Shown: positions 13,096 to 25,095, numbered from the whole stretch's first letter. The stretch: DNA of 63,946 nt, filler included, from Octopus bimaculoides (GCF_001194135.2; 8 parts of 8 records of this genome joined end to end with filler, not necessarily neighbours in it), one strand, 5' to 3'. Numbers and translations are program-made. Notes: generated by a model from the letters alone, not told the origin.

Positions 13096-14099
13096 TACAT
13101 AATTAACTAGATCTGCTAGATATAAACAGTTAGAGTATTAATAACTTATATAAACACACGATTACAGATGCAAAATGATGGGAAATGATACTCTTATTTC
13201 CGTTCATCGTATGAACAATGATTGTACGAACAGTAGTCTCAACAAAGGGATTATCAGTTAGAAATACAGAGCGGGTTTCATATTCTAGTCCTTGTCACGA
13301 ACTGTAACAGCCTCCTACGATGGCTAGGTTTCTTTAAAACACTGCACAACAATCAAATAATTTCGTTGAAAGAAAATGAGACAAGTTTATACTCGGTACA
13401 TAAGTTTAAAACCACTTTTCTTCTTCAAAAACATGCAACAAATATGAAACAAATATGGCTGACGCTGGATTAAACTTACATTAAACTTATATTCTGGAGA
13501 AATGACTTTATAGGTATGACTGTAGAAAGTAGCGCAATAAATGTATGAAGGAGAAAAACAAAAAGAGAAAACTAACTAAAATAAGCTTTCTCGCAGCGAA
13601 TTAAAATTTATCTTCTCTTATTGAAATTTTTAATAATAAAAGAAGTTTAAAAGCCATATTTTGATTAAAAAAATATTAAAATAAGAATTTTAAATAATTT
13701 TCTAGCGTGTGTAGTCTTTAATAATTGCTTTCTTTTAGTAAAAGTTATGTACTCCAGACTAATTAACAAGTAGTTTTCTTTATCATTGTATAAACTTCAT
13801 ATATATCATGAATGCTGTGAACAATAGCACCGGTGGTTATATATTCCTATAGGGACTAATCAAATGCTCACTGTAGTTACAATGGCGTAGGTTATAGTTT
13901 ATTCAGTAATATTGTACATAATATAACACAATATATTTGAAAGAAATTCATCATTTATTTTTATTAGGCCACCCAAATCAATGTAATACTATATGTATAT
14001 AGCAAATCCCCTTTAATATATCTTTTGAAATAGTACGTTTGCTTTACATTTTCCGTTTTAAACCAATAATCAAATTCTTCCCCCTCATTTAACATAAGG

Positions 14100-14137
<38 letters not shown>

Positions 14138-14555
14138 NNNNNNNNNNNNNNNNNNNNNNNNNNNNNNNNNNNNNNNNNNNNNNNNNNNNNNNNNNNNNNN
14201 NNNNNNNNNNNNNNNNNNNNNNNNNNNNNNNNNNNNNNNNNNNNNNNNNNNNNNNNNNNNNNNNNNNNNNNNNNNNNNNNNNNNNNNNNNNNNNNNNNNN
14301 NNNNNNNNNNNNNNNNNNNNNNNNNNNNNNNNNNNNNNNNNNNNNNNNNNNNNNNNNNNNNNNNNNNNNNNNNNNNNNNNNNNNNNNNNNNNNNNNNNNN
14401 NNNNNNNNNNNNNNNNNNNNNNNNNNNNNNNNNNNNNNNNNNNNNNNNNNNNNNNNNNNNNNNNNNNNNNNNNNNNNNNNNNNNNNNNNNNNNNNNNNNN
14501 NNNNNNNNNNNNNNNNNNNNNNNNNNNNNNNNNNNNNNNNNNNNNNNNNNNNNNN

Positions 14556-14600
<45 letters not shown>

Positions 14601-14697
14601 CTGCCCACCTAGCTAGTGGGGTGACATCATTCGAATGTTACATGTATGCACACACATACACACTTGCAAACACATGTGTGTATGTGTGTGTGTGTGT

Positions 14698-14733
<36 letters not shown>

Positions 14734-14801
14734 AAGAAAGACAAGCAAATCAGTGCGAATGCTATAGACATCTACATTGTGCAATCCCCTTTTCTCGCCA
14801 G

Positions 14802-14865
14802 AAGCTAAGTTGTTTGACGAGAGAAACTATTCGTATTATTATTATATGTGTATTTATTTTCATGG
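14802..14865 (+). CDS. Candidate internal exon of an unknown gene (KLSCLTRETIRIIIICVFIFM-G)
   Basis: Acceptor ATCCCCTTTTCTCGCCAG, donor G|GTAAGT, open frame; no recognised homology. Confidence 0.3.
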
Positions 14866-15402
14866 GTAAGTTGACTTATATTTATCGTGTTTTTATTTTT
14901 ACAGACACGTACAAACACCTACAGTATCATCTATGAGTGTGTATGCATGTGTAATGTGCACACAGGTGCATACACAGACATACGTATACACACATACATA
15001 TACACATAAATACATACATACACATATATATATATATGTGTTTGTGTGTGTATGCATGTATGGGTGCATATGTATATGCACTATCGTGAACACCCAGTCA
15101 ACGGCGAGTCTCAGGGTAAGCTGTCAACTTTTGATATACTAAACATATCTATCCACACTAGCCTAACGTAATTAGTTATATATCAGATAATGTTTGCACT
15201 GTGTTAAATATTAATGTACTTTACAACTCTTACATTACGGGATAGAAACACACAGACACACACAGACACACACAGACACACACACAGACACGCACGCATA
15301 TANNNNNNNNNNNNNNNNNNNNNNNNNNNNNNNNNNNNNNNNNNNNTTAATTAATTAANNNNNNNNNNNNNNNNNNNNNNNNNNNNNNNNNNNNNNNNNN
15401 NN

Positions 15403-15610
15403 CCCTGGTACTATCAACTCGGATAGCTGGTCCCTCTATTGGGTCGACATACGGCAGGTTCTCTTTCTCCCATTCATTCTCTTTATTAAGCAATCTATCG
15501 TAGTGGCATCTCCAGACCTCTTTCTTTGCATCCTCATTTAATGCAAGCGTACCATCATCCATGCGAACATATTTCTCTCCTACAACATCACTATTCTCTC
15601 TCCTACACTG
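15403..15610 (-). mobile_element. RTE-clade LINE fragment (region between APE and RT)
   Basis: DVVGEKYVRMDDGTLALNEDAKKEVWRCHYDRLLNKENEW resembles the RTE W..H...LLN motif; ends at a gap. Confidence 0.7.
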
Positions 15611-15636
15611 TCTTATATATATATATATATATATAT

Positions 15637-15676
<40 letters not shown>

Positions 15677-16358
15677 CACTGAGTTAATTCCCTAATCTCA
15701 TTTTGTTGAATGCACACGCACATGTGCATACATACATACATACATACACACACACACATATTCTATCACTATTCATCTTTTCTATTTTCTGAATTAAATG
15801 AAATTGCTCCTTTTGTTACATAATGATACCTAATACCGCTATCATAACTTTTTTGTCTGACTTTTCTTATTAATTTAAGATATAATTGTTTCCACAACAC
15901 TCCTCGTTAATTTATTCATGCATAAATATCTAAGTGTGAATTTGTATATTTGATAATTAGTTTGGGGGCATTTTTATTTACACCCGTGCTAGCGCTACTG
16001 CAGTAAGTACCTCTTTTTCCTGCCACTTTTAAGACTAACAACGTGTTCTGCGTAAAGATTGCAAATTTCAAAGACTGTTTATAAAATGTCTCAAGACAGA
16101 CAAATATTTCCTCTACCTCAGGTCAAGAACAGGTGTTCAAACGTTCTGAAGCCCTATGGTGATGAAAGGAATAGTACAAAATGTTTTTTTTTTCTTTTTT
16201 GAAGCAGCACTATTGGAAGAAAATATCTTGCAGTTCGATGAAACGTGATCGTTCTAAGGCGAATGAACAACGTGATCATTCACAAAAGCAATAACAAAAA
16301 CAACACCAATAGTAGTAATATTAATAATAATAATAACAATAACAACAGCAACAACAAC

Positions 16359-16388
<30 letters not shown>

Positions 16389-16390
<2 letters not shown>

Positions 16391-16563
16391 AAGTATATAT
16401 AACATACATAAAATATCACTACGAGGCACCTCAGACATTCTACGTAAAGCACATGCAATACAGGGAAAATAAGAATAGCACAACAAAGTACACCACACAC
16501 TCAAGGCACACAAACCCGCGCTCGGTAGTGCAGTGAAAGCACATGATAAAAATAATACTACTG
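16389..16563 (+). mobile_element. R4/Dong-type LINE family 2, extreme 3' fragment
   Basis: IHKISLRGTSDILRKAHAIQ plus 3' UTR homologous to 57956-58096; (TAA)n on both sides. Confidence 0.75.
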
Positions 16564-16578
16564 AATAATAATAATAAT

Positions 16579-16913
16579 ATGAGAACTGCCCATACCCTAC
16601 GTAAAATATCTATATAATCCCAAAAATATTTTAATCCCTAAGCAGAGTCAAGATACTTTTAAATGTACACAACAGCAAACACCTTTTACTGTCACCTTAA
16701 CATCACACTATTATCTTATAATCAAATTACTTTTAAAACAAACTTCTAATTTCCTTATGTTTTGACAGACACTCTCTAGAACAATACTCTGTGCAAAACC
16801 AAAAATATGGCACCCTAGGCATAACACCAACATGAACTTCTAGCTTGTCTCTTGAGGTCTCTGGGTGAGACTTGGAGTCAACTTGTACAATTACAAAGCA
16901 AAAGCCAAACATA
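16579..16913 (+). mobile_element. R4/Dong-type LINE family 1, 3' fragment
   Basis: MRTAHTLRKISI* and a 3' UTR (ATATGGCACCCTAGGCATAACACC...) matching 20074-20307; (TAA)n on both sides. Confidence 0.85.
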
Positions 16914-16935
16914 TAATAATAATAATAATAATAAT

Positions 16936-17454
16936 ATGATGCAGTACCAGGCAGTGGCTCAAATGATTGGAAGTATCATCAGGTACATTGTTTTATCTTG
17001 GTATAAAAATGGACTACAGCAAATATTCTGCTCAATATGACAGATTTTCTTGTCAGTTGCTTGATTTTAACCAATCGAGCATGTCCCTTGGTGGTTGACG
17101 ATATGTGCATCTCTGATCACGAGCAGAAGTAGTGGGGGAGCATCATAGCCGTGTGCTGAGAGGAATTCTTTGTGATTTGAATAATTTACCTCTGGAAACA
17201 TGGGCGATATGTTCATCATCCGTAAAAAACCTCATTCGGGGACCTTTTGAGATAGATAGGCTACTCAACCTGAAGAGAATTCTAATTGGGCCCCTCTATC
17301 AAGGTCATACGCTGTTTATCTTGATATGAGATCACCATTTCGCGTACATATGGTTGTGATGAATGTGCCTGGTGTACGGGTAGTCCTGATGGGTTTATTG
17401 GGCTTTGTATATTTGTACCCCAGTGTCACTTTGATGGCATGTATTGCTTTCTCA

Positions 17455-17457
<3 letters not shown>
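16936..17457 (+). mobile_element. Unclassified ~520-bp repeat E, flanked by (TAA)n at both ends
   Basis: Second copy in reverse at 40197-40498; no ORF and no clear B box. Confidence 0.75.
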
Positions 17458-17503
<46 letters not shown>

Positions 17504-17510
17504 GTAATAG

Positions 17511-20307
17511 TCCGCGCTGAATAACAACATGGATGTACTAAACGGGGATCCCTATTCAAAAACAAATATAATCCAGTTACATCGATGGAATTAGATACAG
17601 GAACCTGTGGAAGATTTGAAGGAAACGACCTTTTAACGAAAATACTAAAAAAAAAATTTACTGCCATACAAAGTACAGTTTCTCCTACGCACGGTGTCTC
17701 AATGAAATATGTGCGAAACACACACACGATATCAACACTGGAAAGTTTACAAATTATAAAATAGAAATGGAACAGAATAGTAAGTACATAAATTGAAAAA
17801 ATTACTCATACACTCGAATGTCTACACAATCATATATACATTTTGATACCCATAGGACTACACATACATCTCAATGTTTACACAACTACGTGAAATTTAC
17901 AGGACACACATTGACGCATATGAAAGCACGTATCACAAACAAAGCAAAAACAAAATCAAAACTGTTTTTCTTTTTATTTTTCGAACTAACACAGACAGAG
18001 TGAACTATTCATAAGTTTAAAAACACCACAAAAAAAAACTATGTTCGGATATAAATCTATCAACAAACAAAAAATACAGACGAATACAGATCTGCTAACC
18101 TTAAGAAGCTCAAGAGCAATGTTTACATGCAGAGAACTCTGTGACGGTGTTGTCTCAAAAAATTGACCCTAAACAGACAAATCCACCCCCTAATGTCAAC
18201 GTCGAAGCCCGTCATGCCCCAGGGATAACAAAGCAAGATACAAACCAGGTTAGTCGTCAACCGGATTACAAAGGGCCACACACTCGATATAGATCTGTTA
18301 GCCTTAAGAAGGTATGTTACGAGCAATGTTTACATGCAGAGAACACGGAGACGGTGTTGTCTCAAAAAATTAACCCTAAACAGACAGACCCGTCCCCTAA
18401 TGTCAACGTCGAAGCTCGTCATGCCTCACTGTTAACAAAGCAAAAATACAAACCAAAATGGTCATCGACCGGATTACAAAAGACAACGTGCTCGAATGTT
18501 GAGCCAGATCCGAAGCGAAAAATCAGCTACTGGTTCAAATCTTCCCGACACACAGGATCTGGAAGCACCCCAAAACCGGAATATTCCAACAGATAGCCAT
18601 CCATGCTCGTCATCAAATAACCAAAAGAAAAAGAATGAAAACTGGTCTAGGGAAGATAATAAAGAAGTTCTTACAGCCTTCTACCATGTCATATATTTCC
18701 CAACAGATAAATCTAACACTGTACAAACCTACTTAAACTGGAGACATAAACACTGACGTAAGACCCTACATAGACGGTAACAAACTTGCCAACGTCAGAA
18801 GAAACATTATGAAGAAAAAATTACGAAGTGAAGTAGAGATTGACCAAATTAAACAAGCAGTAAGAGATAAAAAGAATGAAACTGCAGCTAAAGAAGATAC
18901 TACAGAGGAAATAATTATAGACCAGCCCAAGGCTGATGAAAATACAGTAATGATTGAAAGAGTTAAGGTAACTGATAGGCAAAGTGAAATACTCTCTGAA
19001 CCAATCATAAACACTAAGGCAGATGAAAATCAAATAGATGAAGAAAGTCACACAAATATTGACCCAGCAGAACTATATGTTCTAAAAAATCAAATCATGA
19101 TTGAATGGCTGAAAATTAAAGAAACCAGTATGGATGAACGCAATACTCTCCCAAAAGTTCGCAATTCTAACCAAAACCTGAAAATAATTGGTAAAATCCG
19201 CCTTCCACTTAAGGATATAATTTCAGCTAAAGATGTTGATATCACAGATCTCAACCACCTGTACTATGCATCCGCGAAAATTTCAACGATTCTATGTGGT
19301 GAAAAGATTAGAAAACGGCAATATTCCCACAAAAAACCTTCTTGGGAAGAGCGTATTCAACACCAAATTAAGATACTTAGGTCGGACATAGAATGTTTGA
19401 AATGCCGATGTTGACAAAACCCTTATCCATCAATGGCTAATGGCCTCTAGCTTAAAATCTAAACAGAAGGGTTTATCATAGCAGCCCAAGATCAATGCCT
19501 ACCTACAAAGAACTACCAGGCCAACATATTAAAGAACGGTAGCTTCCCAACATGTCGTGTATGTCAACAAACAAAACGAAACCATTGATTACGTTGTCTC
19601 CATGCACAGTCTTCTTGCGCCTAGAGAGTATCTCAACAGGCATAATAGAGCTGCACAATATATTCAATGGGTAATTTGCAAAACCTGGACTTGCCCCATG
19701 ATAAAAACTGGTGCGAATACAAACTACCTTCAGTGCTTGAAAATGATTGCATCTCACTCTTCTGGAACTTCACCAATCAAACTGACAGAAAGATAGATGC
19801 GAATAGGCCAGGCATCATATTGAAAGGCTTCAGACAAAAATCATGCCTCCTCGTTGATATGACTGTCCCAATCAATATAAACGTATCTGTCAAGTCCTAC
19901 CAAAAACTGAGCAAGTATAAAGATCTTGAAATAGAAATTAGCAAAATGTGGAACCTGAAGACTACAACAATACCTGTCGTCATAGATGCCCTGGGAATCA
20001 TAGCAAAAGGGGCTGATTCATACGTAGCTCAGATACCAGGAGACCCCAAAATGGCAGAAATTCAAAAGATAGTGCTCATGGGAACTGCCCATATCATACG
20101 CAAAATACTATCTATGTAATCTCAAGTTTTAAAACGAACACATCATTTTCTTATGGTTTCTTAAACATTCTCTAGAACATTATTACAAAACGAAATATAT
20201 GGCACCCTAGGCATAACACCAACATGACCTTCTAACTTGTCTCTTGAGGTCTCTGGGTGAGACTTGGAGCCAACTTGGACAAATGCAAAGCAAAAGTCAA
20301 ACATAAA
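17511..20307 (+). mobile_element. R4/Dong-type RLE retrotransposon family 1 with the RT domain deleted
   Basis: Myb-like N-terminus (NWSREDNKEVLTAFY...LANVRRNIMKKKL), KPSWEERIQHQIK, then directly HQWL..LK, a CRVC knuckle and the RLE (NRPGII, VDMTVP, KLSKYKDL); frameshifts; (TAA)n tail. The 5' limit is uncertain. Confidence 0.9.
19667..20119 (+). pseudogene. Restriction-like endonuclease (PD-D/ExK) domain of the R4/Dong element
   Basis: ORF track 150 aa; the catalytic PD reads PG, so it is probably inactive. Confidence 0.85.
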
Positions 20308-20559
20308 ATAATAATAATAATAATAATTATAATAATGGCTATGATGATGATGATGATGATGATGGGAGTGATGATGATGATATTTTCTTTGTTAACAATC
20401 CAGGGGCTATCCTCCAATCTATAGGCGCATACACAGAGCGAGCCCATTCACTCGGACCAAAATCACCATCTTCATCCTCCTTTCAACGAATTTGCTCGGT
20501 AGAAGTACTCCCTTCCCCATCCTTTCATTCCTTTTTGAAATAAAACTTCAAAGAGCTGA

Positions 20560-21250
20560 GGACTAGTCCATCGATAAAGGTATTTGTATTCAGCGTTTCC
20601 AATCTCCACTGTCTTTTAATCAAGGCCAGAAATCAAATGGATAACCTTTCCACTAGACTCAACAGATAACAGGATCTGCCTTACACGGGATAGCGGCTGC
20701 TCGATAAAACTCCACATATCTGCGATGCTCTGGCACATTTCCTCCCTCGGTCTGCAGGGTCAAGAGAAACTATACTTGCCTTTAGAATTTATATTGATCC
20801 AGAGATGCTCCACAGTAGCAGTTGTAGCGAGGATCGAAAGCCCACAGTGACAGAGAAGCCAGTTGAATTTTCATCGATGCCTAAAGTTTCTCCTAAAAAA
20901 CGGCATTACATTTATGAGCCACTAAACTCTTATAGAAACACAAAGAACTTCAACCAACTGGTAGACTGCTGTAAGCGTTGACGATACCCTAAGTGATAAA
21001 CGCCCTATCTCGGCTTTTGGTTGACCCAGAATTGTAGTCCTATCAGAGAGACGAGTTGTGGAAAACACGTATGATAGATGGCGACTATACATTTTTACTA
21101 TCAAGAAAATGCTAGAGATGCCGCAGCCTCAGTGCATACCTGCACAACATGTTCAATCCTTCACTTAGCAGATATTGACATTAAATGGAGCACATTAACA
21201 GTGGAATGCTTTCCTTCCATAAAAATGAGAACAAGTGTTGTAGTCTGGTA
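20560..21250 (+). pseudogene. Possible highly decayed CR1/L2-type ORF2 start
   Basis: Fragments NLHCLLIKARN and ADIDIKWSTLTVECFPSIKMR weakly resemble APE and post-APE motifs; many stops. Confidence 0.3.
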
Positions 21251-22254
21251 AGATGTGAAATAGTGCAAGACACGACAGTCAGACGGTAATAGATGATTGT
21301 GCAATGTACGTGTTTTCCATTCTCTTCCAGATCTTCGACTCCGCTTATCTGACTCGCCTAGATATGTTTTGCATGTCTGCTGTCTGGCTGGCCTGTTTGT
21401 TTTGTGAATTCATTGTATTCTCCAAGCGATAGATAATCATATTCACGCAGTGATATACGACAGTATTTCTAGTAGTTGCAGCTAGAATTTCAGGAAGAAA
21501 AACAAAATGTCTTCCTTCTTCAATTTTACTAAATTGAGCGACACCTTTTAGTTTGCTCCGTTTATCATTTATAGAAAAATTACGGAAGCTATTCAACCAA
21601 AAGAAGCCTTGATACTGTTGCTTTGGTGATATTGGTTTGTCTTCTGCCGGTGTTATTGCTCTTACTGTTACTGTGGTTGTTCCTTCTGTAATTACTACAA
21701 CTACATTTGTTGCTGCATTCGTTAAGTGTATGCCATTACTGCCCAATATTTGGGCTGTAATGGTGGCGACTGTGTTTCGGTGGCTACAGCTTGTTGCTGC
21801 AGTGGTGACAGCCATATCAGTGAACTCGTCTTTTCTGCTGATACTTTTGCGAGCTTCTTTGTTTAACATGTCATTCCTCATACTGCTGCTTCTGTTGATC
21901 TGGTTCCTTTTGATGCAACTAATATTGTTGTAACTATTCTTTTTACTACTACGCCTGTAACACTGTGTTGTATTCGGTGCCTGCTACCAGCAGTTTCACC
22001 TTCAAAATCTCTCCTCATCTTCTGTTCTTTGTCGAGCAACAAAAACGATTCTTTTTGAAAAAATTTCTATGCTTCGGAAAATTTTTATTGTCTTCCAAAC
22101 AAATTCGCCCTGCAAGGCAAAAAATGGTTTATCAATCCCTTGGGGTTCTTCTGATCTAAAAAACACTGCAGGACAATAAAAACAAAATAAAAAACCACTT
22201 AACAGGAAAACAAACACAAACCTACGAAGCTTCTAGAACACGTCCTGTTTCAGT

Positions 22255-22309
22255 GGTATATATAATAATAATAATAATAATAATAGTAGTAATAATTTCA
22301 TTATTATTA

Positions 22310-22358
<49 letters not shown>

Positions 22359-23220
22359 AACTGAAAATGTCTGTGTGTGTGTGTGTGTATGTGTGTGTAT
22401 CGGTATGTCCCCATTTTGCACCAAAACGGCTTGACCGATTTTTCTTAAACTTCACACGCACATTGCTTATGTGCTGGTGAGGTTTTAAGTATAAATTGAT
22501 TTTGAAAACATGTTCTGGTAAACGGCGGGAAAAATAAAATACGGGCGCGGTTGAACGGCGGGCGTAATTATTTTCAGCTTCCAAAGGAAATAACCCATTC
22601 CCTCCTTCGTAAATTATTTGGTAAAAATGAAACTGAATATACTTATTTCTTAGTATTTGAACTACTTTAGCTATTTTCTCAACTTATCCAGTACAAGGCT
22701 TAAACAAGTAAGTAGTATTCTAATAAACAATAAATCCACTTATTTCAGTTAGTGACTTGTTCACAAATATACCAACTCTAGAGCTGCTGAGAGTAATATT
22801 CTCTGGAAACGCACACAAGCATTTTGCACAGTTAATTACTTTCATATTTGATTAGCCTGTTATTACATAACATGTATCACGATTTTAGTATACATACCTT
22901 ATTAGTATTTCCTCCTATGTTTTATATACTCTGGGAACATATTAAAGCCTTTTTCGGGGTTACTTTATTTGAATTCTTACTATAGGGTAATTAATTTCAT
23001 GTTATTACATAATTGATTTCACAATTTGGGTATTCATAACTTATTGGGAATTCCTCAAAACCAAGATCCTTTGTAAGACAGTTGATATTCTCAATAAATA
23101 CACAAAAACCTTTTTAAGGGCTACATACATTGTATTGTTGTTATTGGATTAGCGAAAAAATTATGAGAATGGAACCAAGGGATAAACCTGCTTTCCCGGG
23201 AATAACCGGGCATGTCACCT

Positions 23221-23222
<2 letters not shown>
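22255..23222 (+). mobile_element. Non-autonomous Helitron (Lep1/HINE-like)
   Basis: AAACGGCTTGACCGATTT after a (TG)n tract near the 5' end; 3' hairpin CCCGG-GAATAA-CCGGG (23195-23210), then CTGG|T at 23219-23223; 5' TC not identifiable. Confidence 0.6.
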
Positions 23223-23267
<45 letters not shown>

Positions 23268-23269
<2 letters not shown>

Positions 23270-23628
23270 TTTCGGTGCAAATGGTTTTGTTATACGACGC
23301 CGTATTTTATAGTCCTGTAAATATAAGCTTAAAATTTATGGCGTTCACCGTGCAATGACTAAGGAAAATAGTGTAATAATAGGGCATATAAGCATTCGAC
23401 AGAAAAAAGAAGGCCTTCCCGCGTGTGAAGGTAACACACTTAGTCATGTTAACAAAGGTATGTGGGTTCGCGTCCGACGCTGATGGGAAAGCCTTTTTTC
23501 TGTCGAGGGCTTATATGCCCCATTATTAGACTATCTTCCTTAGTTTAAGCTTATATAAAATACCATTATTATTATTTACAGGATTGTAAAATACGGCACC
23601 GTATAACAAAGCCATTCGCACCGAAAGC
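23268..23628. mobile_element. Foldback MITE with ~150-bp inverted arms in (TA)n
   Basis: Arms 23268-23420 and 23485-23628 are reverse complements apart from one indel each; TA flanks. Confidence 0.85.
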
Positions 23629-23647
23629 ATATATATATATGTATGCT

Positions 23648-23950
23648 TATTATAGCCTCAGGCCGACTAAATCTTTGTGAGTGGAGTTCGTACTCGGAAA
23701 CTGAAAGAAGACTGTCGTATATATGTGTATATTTCTGTATGAGTGTGCCTGGGTCTTGTGTTTGTACCGCCACCATTTCTTGACAACTGATGTTGCTGTG
23801 TTTACATTCCCGTAACTTAACGGTTTGGTAAAAGACACTGACAGAATGAGTACTAGGCTTACAAAGAATAAATCTTGTGGTTGATTTCTTCGACCAACGG
23901 CGGTGCTCCAGCATGGCCGCAGTCACATGACTTAAACAAGTAAAGCAATA
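23648..23950 (+). mobile_element. SINE family C, 5'-truncated
   Basis: CORE-adjacent body, internal microsatellite and 3' module match the other C copies. Confidence 0.85.
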
Positions 23951-23997
23951 AAAATCTATACCATTTTAATCCTGAACAAGGCCTGGTATCTCTGCTA

Positions 23998-24037
<40 letters not shown>

Positions 24038-24141
24038 GCTTAATTTTTTTTATTATTCTCTTGTTGCTATTTTTGTTTAGTAATGAAAATTTCTTTGTTT
24101 TCGATGGAAATACATTGTTTTCTTAGAAACTTTTTTTTTGT

Positions 24142-24357
24142 TAAGGCGGTGAGTTGGCAGAATCGTTAGCACGCCGGACGAAATGCTTAGTGGCATTTCG
24201 TCTGTCTTTACTTTCTGACTTCAAATTCCACCGAGGTCGACTTTGCTTTTCATCCTTTCGAGATCGTTAAATTAAATGTCAGTTGCGAACTGGGGTTGAT
24301 CTAATCGACTGGCTCCCTCCCCCAAAATTTCGAACCATGTGCCTAGAGTAGGAAAAA
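24142..24357 (+). mobile_element. SINE family A, near full length
   Basis: A-box-like TGGCAGAATCG, B-box-like TTCAAATTCC, central GTCGACTTTGC.TTTCATCCTTTCG domain. Confidence 0.9.
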
Positions 24358-24541
24358 AACCCTATTTTTTGCATTTCTTTAAATAAACACCACTTCTCCG
24401 TTTAATGAAGGGCATCCTTCTTGTCACAAAACTTTTACCTCTTTAGGGAGGGGGATATATCGACTATCCCCCTCCCCAAAGTTTCAGGCCGTATGCCTAC
24501 AGTAGAAGGGATTATTATTTTTGTTATTGTTAATATCATTA

Positions 24542-25052
24542 TCATCTTTCGATTTTGTTTCCATTTCTTGCCGAGTGTCTTCCCAACACCTAGGGCAAAG
24601 AAACTCACTCTATACATTGGTAGGCCATTAAAATAAACACACCAGATTGTTCATTTACAAAGTCATGTGATAGAAAAAAGGGGGAAGAAAGACGAAGAGA
24701 AAAAAAGAAAGAAGGAAAAAGAAAATGAAAGGGAAAAAGGAAGAAAATTCGCAGCGACAATGCTCTTCTCAATACGTGTAACATACCAATTAAGGCAATA
24801 TTTAGCACTTCCTGCATGGATGGTAAGCTAGGGATCATTCTTAACTAATTTTCAGTTCCTTTTTTGATTATTTCTAGTGCCCCTACAATCATTGGTATCG
24901 TAACCGTTTTGAGATGCCACAATTTTTCCGATTTTAATCTTTATATTTTCAGGGCTTAACAAATTCTTTTGCCAAGACATTATGATCACAAAGTATACTC
25001 ATGTCAATCAATAAACAAATTTTATTGTTTGGGCCTTTCACAACAACATCTG
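24542..25052 (-). mobile_element. R4/Dong-type LINE family 3, 3' fragment
   Basis: Homologous to 56925-57450; PSLPSMQEVLNIALIG..HVLRRALS; 5' end abuts (ATT)n. Confidence 0.85.
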
Positions 25053-25094
<42 letters not shown>

Positions 25095-25095
25095 T

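Noticed and set aside
17511-17600. HDV-like ribozyme expected at the R4 5' end
   Set aside because: I could not build the nested double pseudoknot by eye; a descriptor search (RNArobo/RNAMotif) would be needed.
18920-18965. CTGATGA...GAAA within the R4 ORF
   Set aside because: No supporting stems I-III; it is coding sequence (KADEN).
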